From assembly GCA_003693705.1 (NCBI GenBank), contig RBZT01000632.1, positions 10,091-74,090 of the forward strand: a DNA stretch of 64,000 nt, in the 5' to 3' direction. The position numbers were made by a program, and so were the translations under genes. Shown here piece after piece: positions 11,791-23,938 of this stretch. The stretch is from Polymyxa betae A26-41 (lineage: Eukaryota; Protista; Endomyxa: Phytomyxea). A model generated the notes under the pieces. That model searched no databases. It was not told the origin of the DNA and saw only the letters and a list, made by a program, of their open reading frames with translations. Each line of letters opens with the position of its first letter. Position 1 is the stretch's first letter.

Positions 11791-13065
11791 CCGCAATCTT
11801 CAGTTTGCATAAACTCATTGACGTCGAAATTGACAGTATCAAGAAAAATGATATTTAGAAACTCGAGACATCGTTCTCCGCGGCACTGCGGATTGCCATT
11901 CGACCTTCTTCGCTACTGCATCCCAGTCAAAAATATGGGAGGCTCTCTAACTGTTTTGCAATCGGTCGAATGTGCCCATGCATGTCTCTTTGGATCAGGT
12001 TGGACCACTATATTATGAAAACTGGCTACACCCAGGACAATGACATAAAACTTCAATGTCCCTTAAGCATTCGTTTACGTAGTCCTTACTCATTTCAGAA
12101 TTATCTGAACGCTATCATGATCGAGATCCGACCTCTTTCATCAACTTCACTGCAGGTCTCGATTTTGCTTGTTCAAAAGCTATTCGAGTTTCAGTTAATT
12201 CGATTTCATATTGAAATTGGGCACGCAAAAAAGTTTATCAGAAATCACAACACCAATCGCCGAAGGAGCGAGAATGCAGTGAAGGACCCTCGATAACTGC
12301 GATTGAAAATTTGCTCATTAGATACTTACCATCGTCAAGTGATCCACAGATACATTTCTGATGGCGATATTCCCCAAGATTGAAAGAAGCGTCTCCCTCA
12401 GGGATGCCCCCTGAAAACGACACAACCTTCGTAAGCGATAGTACCTAAGGACATTGACGAGAGATGCCCCGAGAGCCAGGCGTGTACATGATGACAGTGC
12501 AGCTTTTTGGCTTTCGCCGTTCGTGGAGGCTGTTCTTCATTGAATGATTGAAAGGGTTGTGGGCTGCGGCCTCGAAGCTGTTCGTAAGTTCGTTACATGG
12601 CTGCGCCCCCGTCTTTTGCCAATTGTGAGTCTCTTGTTTTGTCATCCATAATCTATTCGTGACCTCGCTTTGATGAGATCAGAATCATCAGATGCTTATA
12701 GCTGACATCATCCTGGGTCCTCCACGTCCGAAACTGCTCTCTACGTCAGCGGGCAGAATGGACCGTTCTCCGAAATTAAACTTGTTGAATCGGATCGAGG
12801 GTGGCTTCCAACTCTCGTAAGGCTGTTGGTCGTTTAGGGACATTTGAAGTAGGGGTACGTTCAAATTCTGCCGCTGCGGCTGAAAACCTGTAATAGTTTC
12901 TTACAAAATTTTTACATGAAGTTCCTGTTATCGGCGTTTGTCACTAGGTCAGGCCCGTTTGGTTCCTGCATCGCTCACATGAGAACTGAAGTCCTGGGGC
13001 CTGTCACATAACGACGTCCGAACCTCCCATTCTGATTTAATTGTAGCGACTTTCTATGATTTTTT

Positions 13066-13087
13066 GGGGGGGGGGGGGGTTTGGGGG
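13066..13087. repeat. G14 homopolymer plus TTTGGGGG
   Basis: Seen directly in sequence. Confidence 0.9.
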
Positions 13088-13317
13088 AAGATTTGATTGG
13101 TTTTTCGTTGTCGATGAATCAACAAATGGTCGGGATGATTCACCCCATGATGCATTGCCGACCTTCTAGAGCCTTCTTGATCTCAGTTGACGTGTACACT
13201 TTTTTATTTCTTCGGCAATCGAAAAGCTTTCCATCGTTGAACCTGCTGAGTGGAAATCGACACGCAGCAGACAAAGCACATCGCCGATCTTCTTTAAAAA
13301 TCCCTTCGTCTTTTTCT

Positions 13318-13650
13318 ATGATGAACTACGAATTCGACCTGTCCACCGACGACTTTGTCAACGAGGATCAGTTCTTCATGGAATCCGTTGATCTGTCGGC
13401 GCTGGACGCTCTTCGACCCATGAATCCGACCCTATCGTTTGTGCAGGACCCGATTGCTTGTGTTCCTTCAGCTTTCGACTATATTCTCGAGGAGGGATCG
13501 GTGCTGTTTGACAATGTTCGAATGTCAATGGACCAAGATCGCCTGTCGGTTGATATCGACCATGCCCTGCCTGCGACCGTGACAGCGGTCGTCGATATTC
13601 CCGCCGACGCGTTCATCAGTTTCCTGAAGACGGCACCGATCCTTTTCTAG
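13318..13650 (+). CDS. small acidic, Phe/Asp-rich hypothetical protein (110 aa)
   Basis: GC3-biased codons from MMNYEFDLSTDDF to TAG, followed by an AT-rich 3' region. Confidence 0.55.
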   Translation: MMNYEFDLSTDDFVNEDQFFMESVDLSALDALRPMNPTLSFVQDPIACVPSAFDYILEEGSVLFDNVRMSMDQDRLSVDIDHALPATVTAVVDIPADAFISFLKTAPILF

Positions 13651-13743
13651 ATTTTCAGCATATTACTCATTTGCAAGAATGCTGATGTACACATAATAAC
13701 GTTTTCCATTTATCCCATATTAAACACCATAATTGTTTTTCGA

Positions 13744-14902
13744 TTAGTCTTCCTCTCGCTTGTTTTGAACAATCCAGGGGTGCTGTAGCGCTTCTGCAGC
13801 CGTTAATCTCTTATCAGGATCAGACCTGAGTAGCTTGGAGATTAGATTTTTAGCCTGCTCTGACCTCGGAATACATTTGGGAAACCACTGGCCTAACAAT
13901 CACATTTCAATGGGAACATTTGTTAAAATCCAAACTGTATCCAACCATAGCCTGGCAGGGTCTCCTTTCTGAATCCTTTCAAAACCGCAGCCTCGATAGT
14001 TTTATTGTCTTCTACGCAAAAAGGGTCCCTAATCGGTCCATAAAATTGCATTCCAAAGGCGAATTGAAATGCATACCAAGGACTGAATCCGAACAGCATG
14101 ATAAATAATACCACTCCGAGGCTCCACAGATCGACCTGGGTCCCATATTGCTAACAGAAATTGGCTTCGTGATTCCATCAAGAAAACGAATGTTAAATTA
14201 CCTGTTTGATTTGCTCAGGGGCCATGAAAGCCGTCGTACCCGAACGTTGGGTTAGCACGACGCCGGCCTGGCATCGTGATGCAACCCCGAAATCGATCAG
14301 CTTGACGCCGTGTGCTGTGCTCGGCTCACTGAACATGATGTTGGCCAGCTTGATGTCACAATGAGCGACACCGACGACATCATGAAGATAGACGACTGGT
14401 TGTAGGATCTGATCAAGATTCAGGGCGAGGCGCATCCGCGCTTCTTCGTGCTTACTTGGTAGAATATCGATGCCGCTTCGCTCTCAGACAACTTTCCGCC
14501 TCGGCTGCAAATGTAGTCGAACAGATCACCGCCGTAGCAGCGTTCCGTAATCAAATAAACAAACGACGGCGAACGAATAACGCGTTCCAGGCGAACGATA
14601 CCGGGATGAGATAACGTCCCTGGTTAAGAATCAAATGCTTGCAGACATCGCCGCGATCATGACGCACCAAGGATATCGATCTCTTGGCGGTACAGCCCCA
14701 TTAATATGCTGTACTTGATTGAACCTGGCGTCGGGAGCTTCAACACCTTCGCTGCATACTCCTCACGGGTTCGCCGATCCGTGATTGCATACACGGATCC
14801 AAACGCACCGGGTTCTCCGAGACATTCCCCGACTTCATATTGCAGCAGCAGCCCGGTGAATTCGTCGTCCGGTTCACAGGGTGTCGCCGGCGTCTTGGTC
14901 AT
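13744..14902 (-). CDS. Ser/Thr protein kinase (CAMK/CDPK-like catalytic domain only)
   Basis: [60 protein letters not shown]. Confidence 0.93.
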
Positions 14903-15583
14903 CGATCGGAACTACCGGAAATCTACAGCCTACCAATGCAGTTAACTTTGTGACGTAGGTTCTGTCGTGATTCAGACTGGGGCCTTGGGGCGGGCCCGAC
15001 CCGCGCCTACGTTACATCCAAGATTTTCCAGAGCAGTTCAAAGGACTTGTTTGTTTATGACATAGTAGAAACGACTGGATAAGCTGCACCAAGGAAGTTC
15101 TCGATTGAAGCTGCAATTCCCCGATACGGATCAGTGCATAGCAGCCCGCAAGGGTCGTGTCGGTGATGGCGAATCCAGCATGACTGTTGCCAGGACAGAC
15201 CATGCCGGAACGATTGTGAAAATATACAGGGAGGTTCGGGGGTAGCAGCCAAGCAAGTCGATTGAGGCCAAGAGAGACATTAGCTGGCACGGACAAAACC
15301 CTAGCCAGGACAGAGCGGACACTAAGAGCGAGCCCTAACGGCCAGTCATGAGGGTTCCTTCTCGTAACAAAAGCCATTCCCGTGGTTACCGCACTTAAGT
15401 GGACTGCGATGCCATCTATCAACCGCTAGATGAGCGAGGCGGTCAGCCATTCGTCCAATTAACGCGATAGTGGTGATTACGATCCTGGTCTTGGCGGCGC
15501 TCGCCCTCTCGCCCTTCTCAAACCGATCGAGCTCCTGTTTACCGCCCAATTACGATCATCTTGACACACCCTGGTATCCAATC

Positions 15584-16932
15584 ATGACTCATGCTGCCGA
15601 CCATCCCGTCCAAAAAAAAGCAAACAATGTCATTTGCTCTTTAGCATATTACATCCAGAGCCTGCCATCAGCCTTCTCTTTGGCAAACATCACTCGCGAT
15701 TTGATGCATGTGAACAATCTGAACAAATTATCTCCCAGCTCTCCGATACCTATTCGAAATTCAAAGCCAATTATTGGTCTGGAGCTTGCCGATGAAATAC
15801 GGACAGCGAACTCATCGCCAAGGGAGAAAGGCCAGCGTCTCACAAGCGACGTTGTAGAGTTATTTAGAGACCCTAAATCACCATTAACTGCTCAAGGCAC
15901 TTACTTTGTTAAAAACCGTGCCACTGGTAGCAAGATGGGAGTATTCAAACCAACAGCAGAAGAAGCAGCTATGCAGACCAGACGGAGGTTATCAGTGTCT
16001 CATGTTATTAAGCGGGTGAGTTTGCCATACATTCCTTAATGGTTGGAAACTGAAATGATTCAGGGAATCGTAGTCGGTGAAGCCGCCATCAAGGAACGGG
16101 CTGCATTTTTATTAGATTTTGATGGATTTGCAGGCGTTCCGCGAACTGATTTTGCAGTTATTGACGAAGGATCAGATATCGAGCATTTTGGCAGTCTACA
16201 AGAATTCTGTGAGCATATGTGCACATCTGAAGATCTTGGACCATCCAAATACGATCTGGAGAATGTTCATGCTATTGCTTTGCTGGACCTTCGTCTGTTT
16301 AATCTTGATCGCCATGAAGGGAACCTTCTAGTAAGCCAGGGTGACAGACCTGATATCTATAAGTAATCAGAATCATTAATGCAAAGAATATCAATTAACC
16401 ATTGGCCCTTAGGCTGATTCCAATCGACCATGGCTTTTCTCTTCCATCGTTTCGGACGCTATCCGATGCTATGTTCTGCTGGACAGAATGGCGCCAAGCC
16501 AAAGTGCCTTTGTCTGAGCGAGCCAAAGAATACATCAGCCGTATGGCTCCGATCAACGATATCGTAGCACTTAAGCGGATCGGCTTACGCGACGAATGCA
16601 TCATGACATATGTACTATGCTGTCGCTACATGCAGCAATGCTGTGACGCCGAAAGAACTCTGTACGAAATGGCAACATCCATGCAACGAGATCTAAATGA
16701 CGATGACTCAATTTCAGCCTTTGAAACGTTGGTACAAAAATCTTCATTCGAAGCTGATTTTAACGAGTTCGTTTTCGATGATGATAACAATACATGGACC
16801 TGTGAAGCTGTCCAGAGGTTCTTGGATATATTTGACCGCAATGTTGCCCTTGCTTGCGGAAACCCAGATTGTCGAATCGAATCAGATCCATTTCTGATAC
16901 CAGAGCTATCTCTTGGTCCGAAATCTGAATAA
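15584..16932 (+). CDS. type II phosphatidylinositol 4-kinase (gamma-like)
   Basis: GTYFV, GVFKPTAEE, KERAAFLLD, GSLQEF, DLRLFNLDRHEGNLL, LIPIDHGFSLP, FCWTEWRQAKVP; start uncertain. Confidence 0.9.
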
Positions 16933-17157
16933 TTTATTTAACTATATCCAGCAGTCTGCCGTTGATTTTTAACAATAAATTAACTTATAATTTATACATA
17001 CATTGACATCCTCTCATCTGCTTTGAAAAGTCGAAATTGCGCTGCTTATGTATATTCATCGAACATCGCTTTGAAATGCAAGTTGACAGGCTGGCGAAGG
17101 TTGCGCTAGCTTGCCTTTAACGCCTCTATTGGTGTGGCCATTTAGATCGTCGTTTCC

Positions 17158-19134
17158 ATGCCTGCCAAAGCGCATGATCTAGATTCAGAGTCGACATGCG
17201 CCCCGCTTCTAGGCATCGCGGATCGCAATGGCCTGCTTTCACCAGAGCAACCACTGAAATGGCGTCACGAAACATGGATCCTTTTGACGATCGGTTTTCC
17301 AGTAGGCCTTTCTTCATTCTGCAGAATGCTGAGTAAAATGCTGTTTATCGACATACTTTATCTAATAGTTGGCAGTGGCTGTTTGCGATATTAGTGTATT
17401 GGGTCGTCTCGACAAAGGAACTGACTATTTAGCTGCTGCGGCCATGTAAGATGGCACTTATTCATGGCGTTTGAGCTGACAAAGTCAGTAAAGGGCTTGG
17501 GTTGTTATGGATGTAACTTCTGTATTTCCATCGACAGCTGCTGATACAATCAACGCTCTATGCTCACAAGCCTATGGAGCCAAACATCTCAAGCTTGTGG
17601 GTCGGTGGCTGCAGCTAGGCTTGATTGTCACGACGATCATGTGCGTTCCTGTAATGATAATTTGGGCATTAACTGGTGAGCAAAGCCGCTCAAAAGTCGC
17701 TTAATCTTAACATCTTGTCAGCAAAGATATTGCTCATTTTAGGTTGCCATCCTGAGACTGCGTTAGGCTATCCGACTTAGTGAAAAAACGTTTGGATTGA
17801 AGTGATGGATGCAGGGCTTTAGCAAATAGATTCGCACTCTGGTCGTGTTGGGGCTTGATTCCGAATACAATATATTATTCAGTGAGGCAGTATTTCCAAG
17901 CTCAAAGGATCGTGATGCCTGCTTTATACAACAATCTGGCATTCGTGGGCATCAATCTAATTTTGAACCTAGTTTTAGTTCATGGTTGATACTTCCCCTT
18001 TCTTTACAAAAATATCTAATATGAGGCTTCTAGGTTTTGGCAATTGGCCAGGCTTCGGATTCATTGGAAGTCCTATTGCCACTTCGGTATCGCGAACCTT
18101 TCAATTGCTTTCGTTCGTTTTGTATACATGCGTCTGGAAGAAGTTACATAAGCAAACTTGGCCAGAAGGTCCTTTGTCGGATTGCCTTACGAAAGCGAAC
18201 ATAAAGGAATATATGGATCAAACTGTTCCTACAATGCTTGGCAACGCTGCAGAACAATGGGTAATTCTTGACATATATATCACGTGCTTTTGATGCCATC
18301 AAAAACATTCTCAGCAACTGGAGGCGGTTACCTTGATGGCTGCTAGCCTGGGTTTGTTGAAAGAAGTCCTTCTCAGCTTGGGTGAATGACGGGTCCCTTC
18401 AGGGCGTATCGACGTCGCCACACAATCAGCAGTGTTCAACATCTTCTATACTTTGCATTGCCTTTCATTCGGGCTATCTAAAGCGACGACCTGTCGTGTT
18501 GGATTTCACTTAGGTTTCTTGCGATCATGCTCGTTCGAAATTATACTAAATCAAATATAGGCTCTGGTAACTCGAGTTTCGCTCGACAAAGTGCAGCGCT
18601 GTCGATTGCGCTTGCAACCACGAACGGATTCGTTGTGGCTTCCATACTGTTCGCCATACGCTCATATATTGGGCATATCTTCTCCAACGATCCTGCGGTC
18701 TGGGCCGATTCGTCATCGCTGGTTACCGTACTGGCTATATCCTACGTCGGCGTCAGGTTCGTATTCCTGAAAAGTCCTCTACTAGGATCCATATCGTTTT
18801 TCAGTGTGCTAATCGCTTTAACTGCCATCTTATTCGGACAGTGTCGACCGACTCCTGTTGCTATCATCAGTGGGCTGGTACGTCAGTTTCTTACTTCGTA
18901 CTTTTCATAATTGATGGGTGGTAGTGTTCGTGGATTCTGTCGCTGCCATTGGCGTACTTTTTCACGTTCATTTGGGGGTTCGGTTTAAATGGGCTCTGGA
19001 TCGGTCTCTCGTTTGGTTATTTCACGATCGTGTTTCTTATCGGAATCGTCGTGCAAAAAAGTGATTGGCAGAACTGTGCCTTTCTGGCCGTGGAACGATC
19101 CCGCCGTTCTGCTGTATCTCTTCCTCAAGTATAA
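17158..19134 (+). CDS. MATE family efflux transporter
   Basis: LCSQAYGAK, RQYFQAQ, GFGFIGSPIATSVSR, RVGFHLGSG, GFGLNGLWIG; many TM segments and introns. Confidence 0.9.
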
Positions 19135-19488
19135 GTCACCTATCGTCCAAGAAAATCTTCCCTTACAGTATTTATTTACATATATCGTTAATACTTTCTG
19201 CTTCTAAGGGATTTTTAATAGATTATTTCTAGAATCAAATTTACCTAGAAAACCTACACTGTTCTAGGCCATTAAAAATTTTCAAACACGCTCCTAACAA
19301 TAACTCGTGAAAGTTCTTGAGACGCCATACAATTCAATTACAAAAAGCAATTGAACTTCTGAGGGTAGAGGTTCTGGAATCTTGTTAACCCTGGCTAACC
19401 GGAGCGGTAACCAGATGTGAATGATTTCAATGAATGCTGCGGGCCATGAACTGGCCTCTCAATCTCCCTCCAAACTATATATATCGTT

Positions 19489-20464
19489 ATGTCAAGCGCT
19501 ATGGAGCGAAAGCTGTCGATTCCGAAGATCATCTATGGGACGGCCTGGAAGAAGGAGAAAACCAAGAGGCACGTTATTGATGCTGTTGTGGCAGGCTACA
19601 GGGCTATAGACACCGCCTGCCAGCCGAAGCATTACAACGAAGCCGGTGTCGGTTTCGCCTTGGCCGACCTGCAGAACGCCCATGGTATCGAGAGGTCATC
19701 GCTGTTTCTGCAGACCAAGTTCACGCCTCAGAACGGCCACGATTCAACCCTGCCAATGCCTTACGACGCTGATTGTTCGATCTGGGATCAGGTCCATCAG
19801 TCGTTCCAGACCTCCAAGCAGAATCTACAGACGAATTACATCGATGCGTATTTCTTGCATGGACCGCTGATGACGATGACTCAGACGATTGAGGCCTGGA
19901 GGGCGATTGAGGATATCTACGATTCGGTTTGTGCCTTAATGTTTTCGTGAAAGCATTTTGCTTTATCACTTGGCCGTCTGTTCACAAAGCACTTTTCCGA
20001 TTGTAAGTAGGGACAAGCCAAATCGATTGGAATGTCGAATATGTACTCGTTGTCGAATCTGGAGACGTTCGTAGAGACCGTTCGTATCAAACCGATGTTC
20101 TTGCAGAATCGCTTCTATCCCGATACGAATTTCGACATTGACGTCCGCGACTATTGCCTAAAGCATGGCATTCACTATCAGAGCTTTTGTAACAGCATTT
20201 CAGCAAAAATTTTGTGTTTTCTAAATGATTTTAGGGACGTTGACTGCGAATCAAGAACTCATTCATTCACCAGTACTGACTGAAATCGCCGAGCGCATGA
20301 GAGCGACCAACGAGCAAATCTGGTTCCGATTCGTGATGAATCTCGGGATCATCCCATTGACGGGCACCACCAATATCGAACATATGAAGCAAGATCTGGA
20401 TGCTGCCAAAATCAAGCTTTCCGACCACGATCAGGACCGCTTATATCGCTTACTAAAACTGTAG
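19489..20464 (+). CDS. aldo/keto reductase
   Basis: IIYGTAWKK, GYRAIDTACQPKHYNEAGVG, LFLQTKFT, YIDAYFLHGP, IGMSN, QNRFY, IIPLTGTT. Confidence 0.93.
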
Positions 20465-20805
20465 AGTTTGTAGTGAGTCGTGGCTGTCGCTGCTCATTAA
20501 CACGACCTGTTACTATTTTAGCTACGAGCTGTTTGAACAATCTTTAGCTGAATCGCCATCTAACATTTCCAGGAATGCTTATCAAGACAAACTTTGGCTG
20601 CATTGACTCTGGCTACCCCTAACCATGTTTCGAATTTCAATCGAGCAGTATTATGATGACCTCTTGCCATGGTCAAGATGGGACACCTTCCATCTGAAGA
20701 CGATAACGATTATAATTGGAGCTTTGCCAGAGAGAGACGAATATGAGATGACGAATAACGTAATGCGGGCGGGGCCTCCTACCTTGTTTCACATTCAGCT
20801 TCTGA

Positions 20806-21839
20806 ATGAATGTCGCTCTAGACGCGAATCACGCCAGCCTGTTCCATGAGCGCACGGCGCTGGCGTCGCTCGTCCAGCGCATCCAGGAGCGCGTGGCGGC
20901 GTCCGATTCCCAGGTCGACGACGCACTGTCCGGCCTGAATCATGTCCGGGTCGCCCTCAATGCCCGACGGCTCATCCTGGATGCCATCGAAAACGTCGCC
21001 GATCCTCTCGTCGTGGCTGAAGCTATGAGCTTCGACGCCGTTGCTTCAGAAGTTCGTTCGCTTCAACTTTTTATTTTTTTCACTTAGTCGGTTTATCTTG
21101 AACGCTCTCAGATATCGTTTCGCTCTATGTTAACCTTAGTCTCTATTTACCATTTTTCTTCCGAAATAACTTTCTATTTCCTCAGAATGGATTCACAATT
21201 GTGTTTCTCGGCTATGCTGCAGACGCAAATTAGCTCAATAATTTTATTCAGGGTGAAAAACCGGCACAGATTCCGGTTGAGGCCGTCATCACCTATCTCG
21301 ATGAGCTTCATCATCCTCTGCGAAAGTTTCTGGCGTCATCGTCGTCCATCGACACCGACGTCCGACATCTCCAAGAGCGGCTCCAACAACAGCGCGACCA
21401 AATCGTTCGCCGCCGCGCCGCTATCCACGATCGTCTCGTCAGCGTCTACGACGCCCTACAAAAGACGCTGAAGCTACTCCAGCTCCTGATCGCCGAGCAC
21501 AAACTCGGCCGGCAGCGCGTCTTCGATGACACCCTAATTAAGGTACTGCGCCAGCGGGCCGTCGCCTTCGATCTGAAGCTACGAGCCATGAGACGACGTC
21601 TCGAGCTGGATACGTACCGGCCCGGCGCCGTACAGGCCCTGCACTGCATCCGAGAGCGGCTCCGCTCAGGTCTCGACGGCGCCCGCGGCGAACTGAACGC
21701 TGTCAGACGCCGGCTCGGACAGTACGAGGGCATCGTCGAGTTCGACCGAATCGTGGCGGAATACGGGGAGGTTCGAAGACAGATCGCGTTGCAGAAACAG
21801 TTGATTCAGCAGCTGAATGTGAACGATTCTGTGATGTAG
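20806..21839 (+). CDS. HAUS4: augmin/HAUS complex subunit 4-like coiled-coil protein
   Basis: C-terminal LKLRAM..LELDTY.PGAVQALH.IRERL...LGQYEG..EFDRIVAEY resembles HAUS4/AUG4; one T-rich intron of about 200 nt (about 21052-21251). Confidence 0.75.
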
Positions 21840-22258
21840 CAATATAAGGCGTGTGGTTATGTCAAGACAGCTTCAATGTGTGTGTAATGTGTTGCTGTAC
21901 TCGTGAGTTCTCTATGGGGTTTCATCCCAGCAGCAGCTTTTCCTGTTTCTAAAGAACTGGATCAGTACTGTAGCAATCTGAATCGCTCGCTTCAGGTTAA
22001 AAGTCTTTATGCATTATAGCGTCCTCAACTGAAATTGAGAACGTGACGAAGTGAGAATGCGGCAACTATCAAAACTAAGCTGTGAAGTCATGAAGTCGGA
22101 AGCTCCCCACCTGCTGCCCGAGTCAATATTACGGCTGTCTCGTCTTCACAGCTGATTGCACGAACGTTTCCGGGTGTTGTTTCTGCATCTGGTTCGTACC
22201 CGTCCTGCGCTCAAGTACGTAAACATTCGGCTTGCCATAATGACTCTTGCAGAACAAT

Positions 22259-23762
22259 TTATTCATCAATATCGTGTTGGTCTGATTCGTCGGTGGACCC
22301 AGCCGCCTCACGATAATCGTTTTGTAGTGTTACGAAATCGTCACGAGCTGCCTGGAACTCGGACTTATCCATACCCTCGGCTACATACCAATGCACGAAT
22401 GCGTTACGGTCATACAGCCGATCGAAGTCGCGCCCGACCCGTGCCAACGTATCGGCGATCGCCGTCGTATTTGAGACCGCCAGTACAGACCTCTGTAACG
22501 GTGCCAGATCGTCATCAGGTGACGACGTCGGTGGCTCGTTATGGATGCCGACCTTGAAACCGGTCGGACACCTGCTGGGGTTAGGTTTTTAGGTTCTGGA
22601 TCGGTAATTGTTATGTTACCAGTCGACGAACTGCATCGTGCGTTTCGATTTGAGCTGCGCCACGGCCGCATTCACGTCCTTCGGACTGACATCGCCACGA
22701 TACATCAGTGCGCAGGCCAGGTACTTGCCCTGGGCCGGGTCACACTGGATCTGGATATGCTTAGGGTTAGGGTTTATGGATCTGTTGACAGTGGTCCCAC
22801 CATCTGATTAGAGCGCTCGAAGGCAGCTGTGGTGATCTGCTGCACCGATAGACGCTCATTGAATGCAACTTGAGCTGATACTACAGGTGCAAATGATATA
22901 ATCGGGAAATGTAGACGTGGATATGGGACCAAGTTAGTCTGTAGATCAGCAATATGAAGATTCAGGCCGGCACCGCTGTTTGAGAACCGAGATGACGCCT
23001 GGACAGCCAGGTTTCAGGAGCTTTTTACAACAATTGCAAGAAAAAGATTACCGTGATTGAGGACTGAACCTGTGCCATGAGAGAATTGACATGAACATAT
23101 GAAGGACGGTCAACATTCAGGTTACGTGTAGCCAGGTCGTACAGGGATCGGTTATCGACCAGTAACGACATCTGCGTCTGATCCAGCGTGGCGTGCAGGC
23201 CCAAGACGGCATTGTACGGCTCCAGAGGCGAACTTGCACAATGAGCGGACGGAGCCACGCCGACCTGTACGACCTGGATCTTGCTGCCGAGGTCCGTGAC
23301 GGTATCGCCGACCAGTAGGGCGCCAAGTCCGCTACCCGTACCGCCCCCAAGTCCGCACTGGATCACAACGCTGCCGAGACGATCACTGCGCTCGGCCTGG
23401 CGTCGGACCTGCTCCGCGGCCCGGTCCAGTACGGCCCCAGGACCCAGAGCGAACCGCGCCCGCGCATAGTTACTGGCGGCATCATCATGTCCGGCCACGA
23501 CCTGATCCGGGTGGTACAGGCCCCGGGCCGGGCCGCGCCGCACACGATCGCATACGTCCGGGTCCAGGTCGATCAGGACACAGCGCGGGACGACCTTGCC
23601 GGCGTCGGTCTCGGCGAACGTACTGGCCCAGTCGCCGGTGAGTGCCTCGGCGACGGGGAGTCCGTCCGGTCCGCAGCCATGCTCACGGCATAATAAGTCC
23701 CATGTTGCCTGTCCGGACTGTATTCCCGCCTGTCCGAGATGCATCCACATCATCTCCTTCAT
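22259..23762 (-). CDS. highly divergent alpha-tubulin
   Basis: [82 protein letters not shown]; three introns. Confidence 0.92.
22577..22595. repeat. telomere-like repeat in tubulin intron 3
   Basis: GGGGTTAGGTTTTTAGGTT. Confidence 0.7.
22761..22776. repeat. telomere-like repeat in tubulin intron 2
   Basis: TTAGGGTTAGGGTTTA. Confidence 0.85.
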
Positions 23763-23898
23763 CTTGATGGCTGTCTGTGTTATGGGGCCTGTACGGCCGT
23801 CCCGGCAGTTACGGGCGGCGACGACGGCACGCGCCCTCCTGTATGATGACGTCAACCGGAGCGGAATGATTGAAGTCGGATTCGACGAATCCAGTGGC

Positions 23899-23918
23899 AA
23901 ACCCTAAACCTAAACCCT
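23899..23918. repeat. telomere-like repeat between the AK7 stop and the tubulin start
   Basis: AAACCCTAAACCTAAACCCT. Confidence 0.85.
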
Positions 23919-23938
23919 TCTGCTGATGTTGCTTTTAT

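Noticed and set aside
11970-12900. Protein gene in this interval (also 15012-15422, 42250-42950, 46300-46950, 63400-64000)
   Set aside because: Only short motif-less ORFs; no consistent splice model
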